DNA of 64,000 bases from Mobula hypostoma (lineage: Eukaryota), in contig NC_086097.1 in assembly GCF_963921235.1 (NCBI RefSeq), positions 227,356,001 through 227,420,000 of the forward strand, given 5' to 3'. Positions 62,381 through 64,000 of the stretch are shown piece by piece (position 1 is the stretch's first letter; every line of letters begins with the position of its first letter). Under the pieces are notes generated by a model. The model was not told the DNA's origin and ran no database searches. It saw only the letters and a list, made by a program, of their open reading frames with translations. Position numbers and translations under genes: made by a program.

Positions 62381-62821
62381 CTTACTAACCCATCCCTCCA
62401 CTTCCTCATCCAGGTCATTTATAAAAATCATGAAGCGTAATGGTCCCAGAACAGATCCCTGAGGCACACCGCTAGTCACCGACCTCCATGCAGAATATGA
62501 CCCGTCTACAATCATTCTTTGCCTTCTGTGGGCAAGCCAGTTCTGGATCCACAAAGCAAGGTTCCCTTGGATCCCATACCTCCTTACCACAGAGAGGCAG
62601 GATTTATGAACATTTGGAGAGGCATAATATGATTAGGAGTAGTCAGCATGGCTTTGTCAAAGGCAGGTCATTCCTTACGAGCCTGATTAAATTTTTTGAG
62701 GATGTGACTAAACACATTGATGAAGGTAGAGCAGTAGATGTAGTGTACAGGTATATGGATTTCAGCAAGGCATTTCACAAGGTACCTCATGCAAGGCTTA
62801 TTGAGAAAGTAAGGAGGGACG
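62381..62821. mobile_element. Internal CR1 fragment in two opposite orientations
   Basis: 62383-62587 is CR1 RT on the - strand; about 62593-62817 is the upstream RT segment on +; flanked by CTTACTA (62381-62387 / 62822-62828). Confidence 0.85.
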
Positions 62822-63029
62822 CTTACTATTTCTCCTTTAGTGTTGTCAACAGTACAGCAATTTCACGTTTGTATTCACATTACTGCTAGAGGTGATAGCA
62901 AAAATGGGCATTGCAGATGACTCTATTTAATGTTTCAAAAGCAGCAAGCAGGAACAGTTGGGTCATTCTGTACATCACAGTTCCAGAGGAAACATTGGAT
63001 TAGTCACTTGGCAAGACCCAATAAAAAGA

Positions 63030-63625
63030 GGTTAGGTTTAAGCAGAGTGGCCATTGTGTGAGTGGGCCAGTGTTAGAGGGGGGTTTAGGTTTAGGATTAA
63101 GAGGCTTAGGCAAGAACGGCTGAAGGCTGTTGGTAGATTTTCTCTTTTTAAATTTTCTTTCTTATTGCGCAGTTAGATCAGTGGGAATGCTTCTCAGGAT
63201 AGTGAAATCCTCCTGTTGCGAGATGTGGGACAGCAGGGAGATCTCCAGTGTCCAAATGACTACAGCTGCAGGAAGTGCACCCAACCGCGGCTTCTTAGTT
63301 ACCATGTTCAGGAATTGGAGCTGGAGCTGGATGAACTCTCAATCATTCAGGAGGCTGATGGGTTGATCAACAGGTGATACAGTGAGGTAGTTATATCCAA
63401 AGTGCAGTTCACAGGTAACTGGGCGATAGTCAGGAGGGGAACGGGAAAAGGGAGCTAATTCAGAGTATCCCTGTGGCTATTCTCCTCAACAACAGGTATA
63501 GCACTTGGGATACTGTTGAGGGGATCGCCTAGCAGAGGAAAGCCACAGCAGCCAGGTCTCTGGCACTGAGTGTGGCTCTGTGGCTCAGAAGGGAAGGGAT
63601 GAGAAGAGGCAAACTGTAGTGAAAC
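63030..63625 (+). mobile_element. CR1 5' UTR and ORF1 relic
   Basis: SSCCEMWD...DYSCRKCTQ...VQELELELDEL (zinc-finger plus leucine-zipper-like), NWAIVRRG and NNRYST motifs across frames. Confidence 0.7.
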
Positions 63626-64000
63626 ATAAAACCAAAAGCTGTGGATGAACCATGGGGTACGTCATTTGCTGACAGCTAGATCTGTGGCACTTAAGTCTGG
63701 TGACCCAGGTCTGTCCAAGGTATGACTTGCGGAGGGCTATTTCAAGAGCAAGGATACAATTCCGAGCAAGGTTGGAGGCGACATTGGATGCATGTCAACT
63801 CTGGCAGGGCTTGCAAGACATTACTTCCTACCAAGCGAAACCCGATAGCATGAATGGCAGCGATGCTTCACTACCAGATGAACTCAACGCTTTCTATGCC
63901 TGCTTTGAAAGGGAAAATATAACTACAGCTGTGAAGATCCCTGCTGCACCCAGTGACCCTGTGATCTCTGTCTTAGAGGCCGATGTTGGCTGCCTTTAAG
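63626..64000 (+). mobile_element. Rex1/Babar-type LINE ORF, central region (runs off the window)
   Basis: NQKLWMN...RYDLRRAISRAR...QLWQGLQDITSY...LPDELNAFYACFE. Confidence 0.8.

Overview
Vertebrate nuclear DNA, most likely from a cartilaginous fish (ray or shark). This is inferred from the repeat spectrum: CR1, Rex1/Babar-type, RTE and Penelope-like retroelements, HE1/V-SINE-type SINEs, Tc1/pogo/hAT DNA elements and solo LTRs. Roughly half or more of the window is transposon-derived, and nearly all listed ORFs are TE fragments or antisense noise. The host locus is a + strand coiled-coil gene. Three intact, phase-compatible exons (16402-16542, 50272-50381, 57512-57586) resemble the C-terminal part of PMFBP1, while at least two exon-shaped segments between them (36527-36717, 41494-41714) carry stops and frameshifts. 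The most unusual items are: (1) a 178-bp circularly permuted piece of CYHR1/ZFTRAF1 exon-1 coding sequence embedded in a TSD-flanked RTE-type insertion (60287-60846); (2) a nearby inverted duplicate of the host CR1 that lacks this insertion and breaks at the same site; (3) many minimal hammerhead-ribozyme motifs in Penelope pseudo-LTRs, including a size series of TSD-flanked insertions with inverted pseudo-LTR arms (42, 180, 230 and 738 bp). Family and gene assignments come from recalled motifs, not database searches. TE boundaries without TSDs are approximate.
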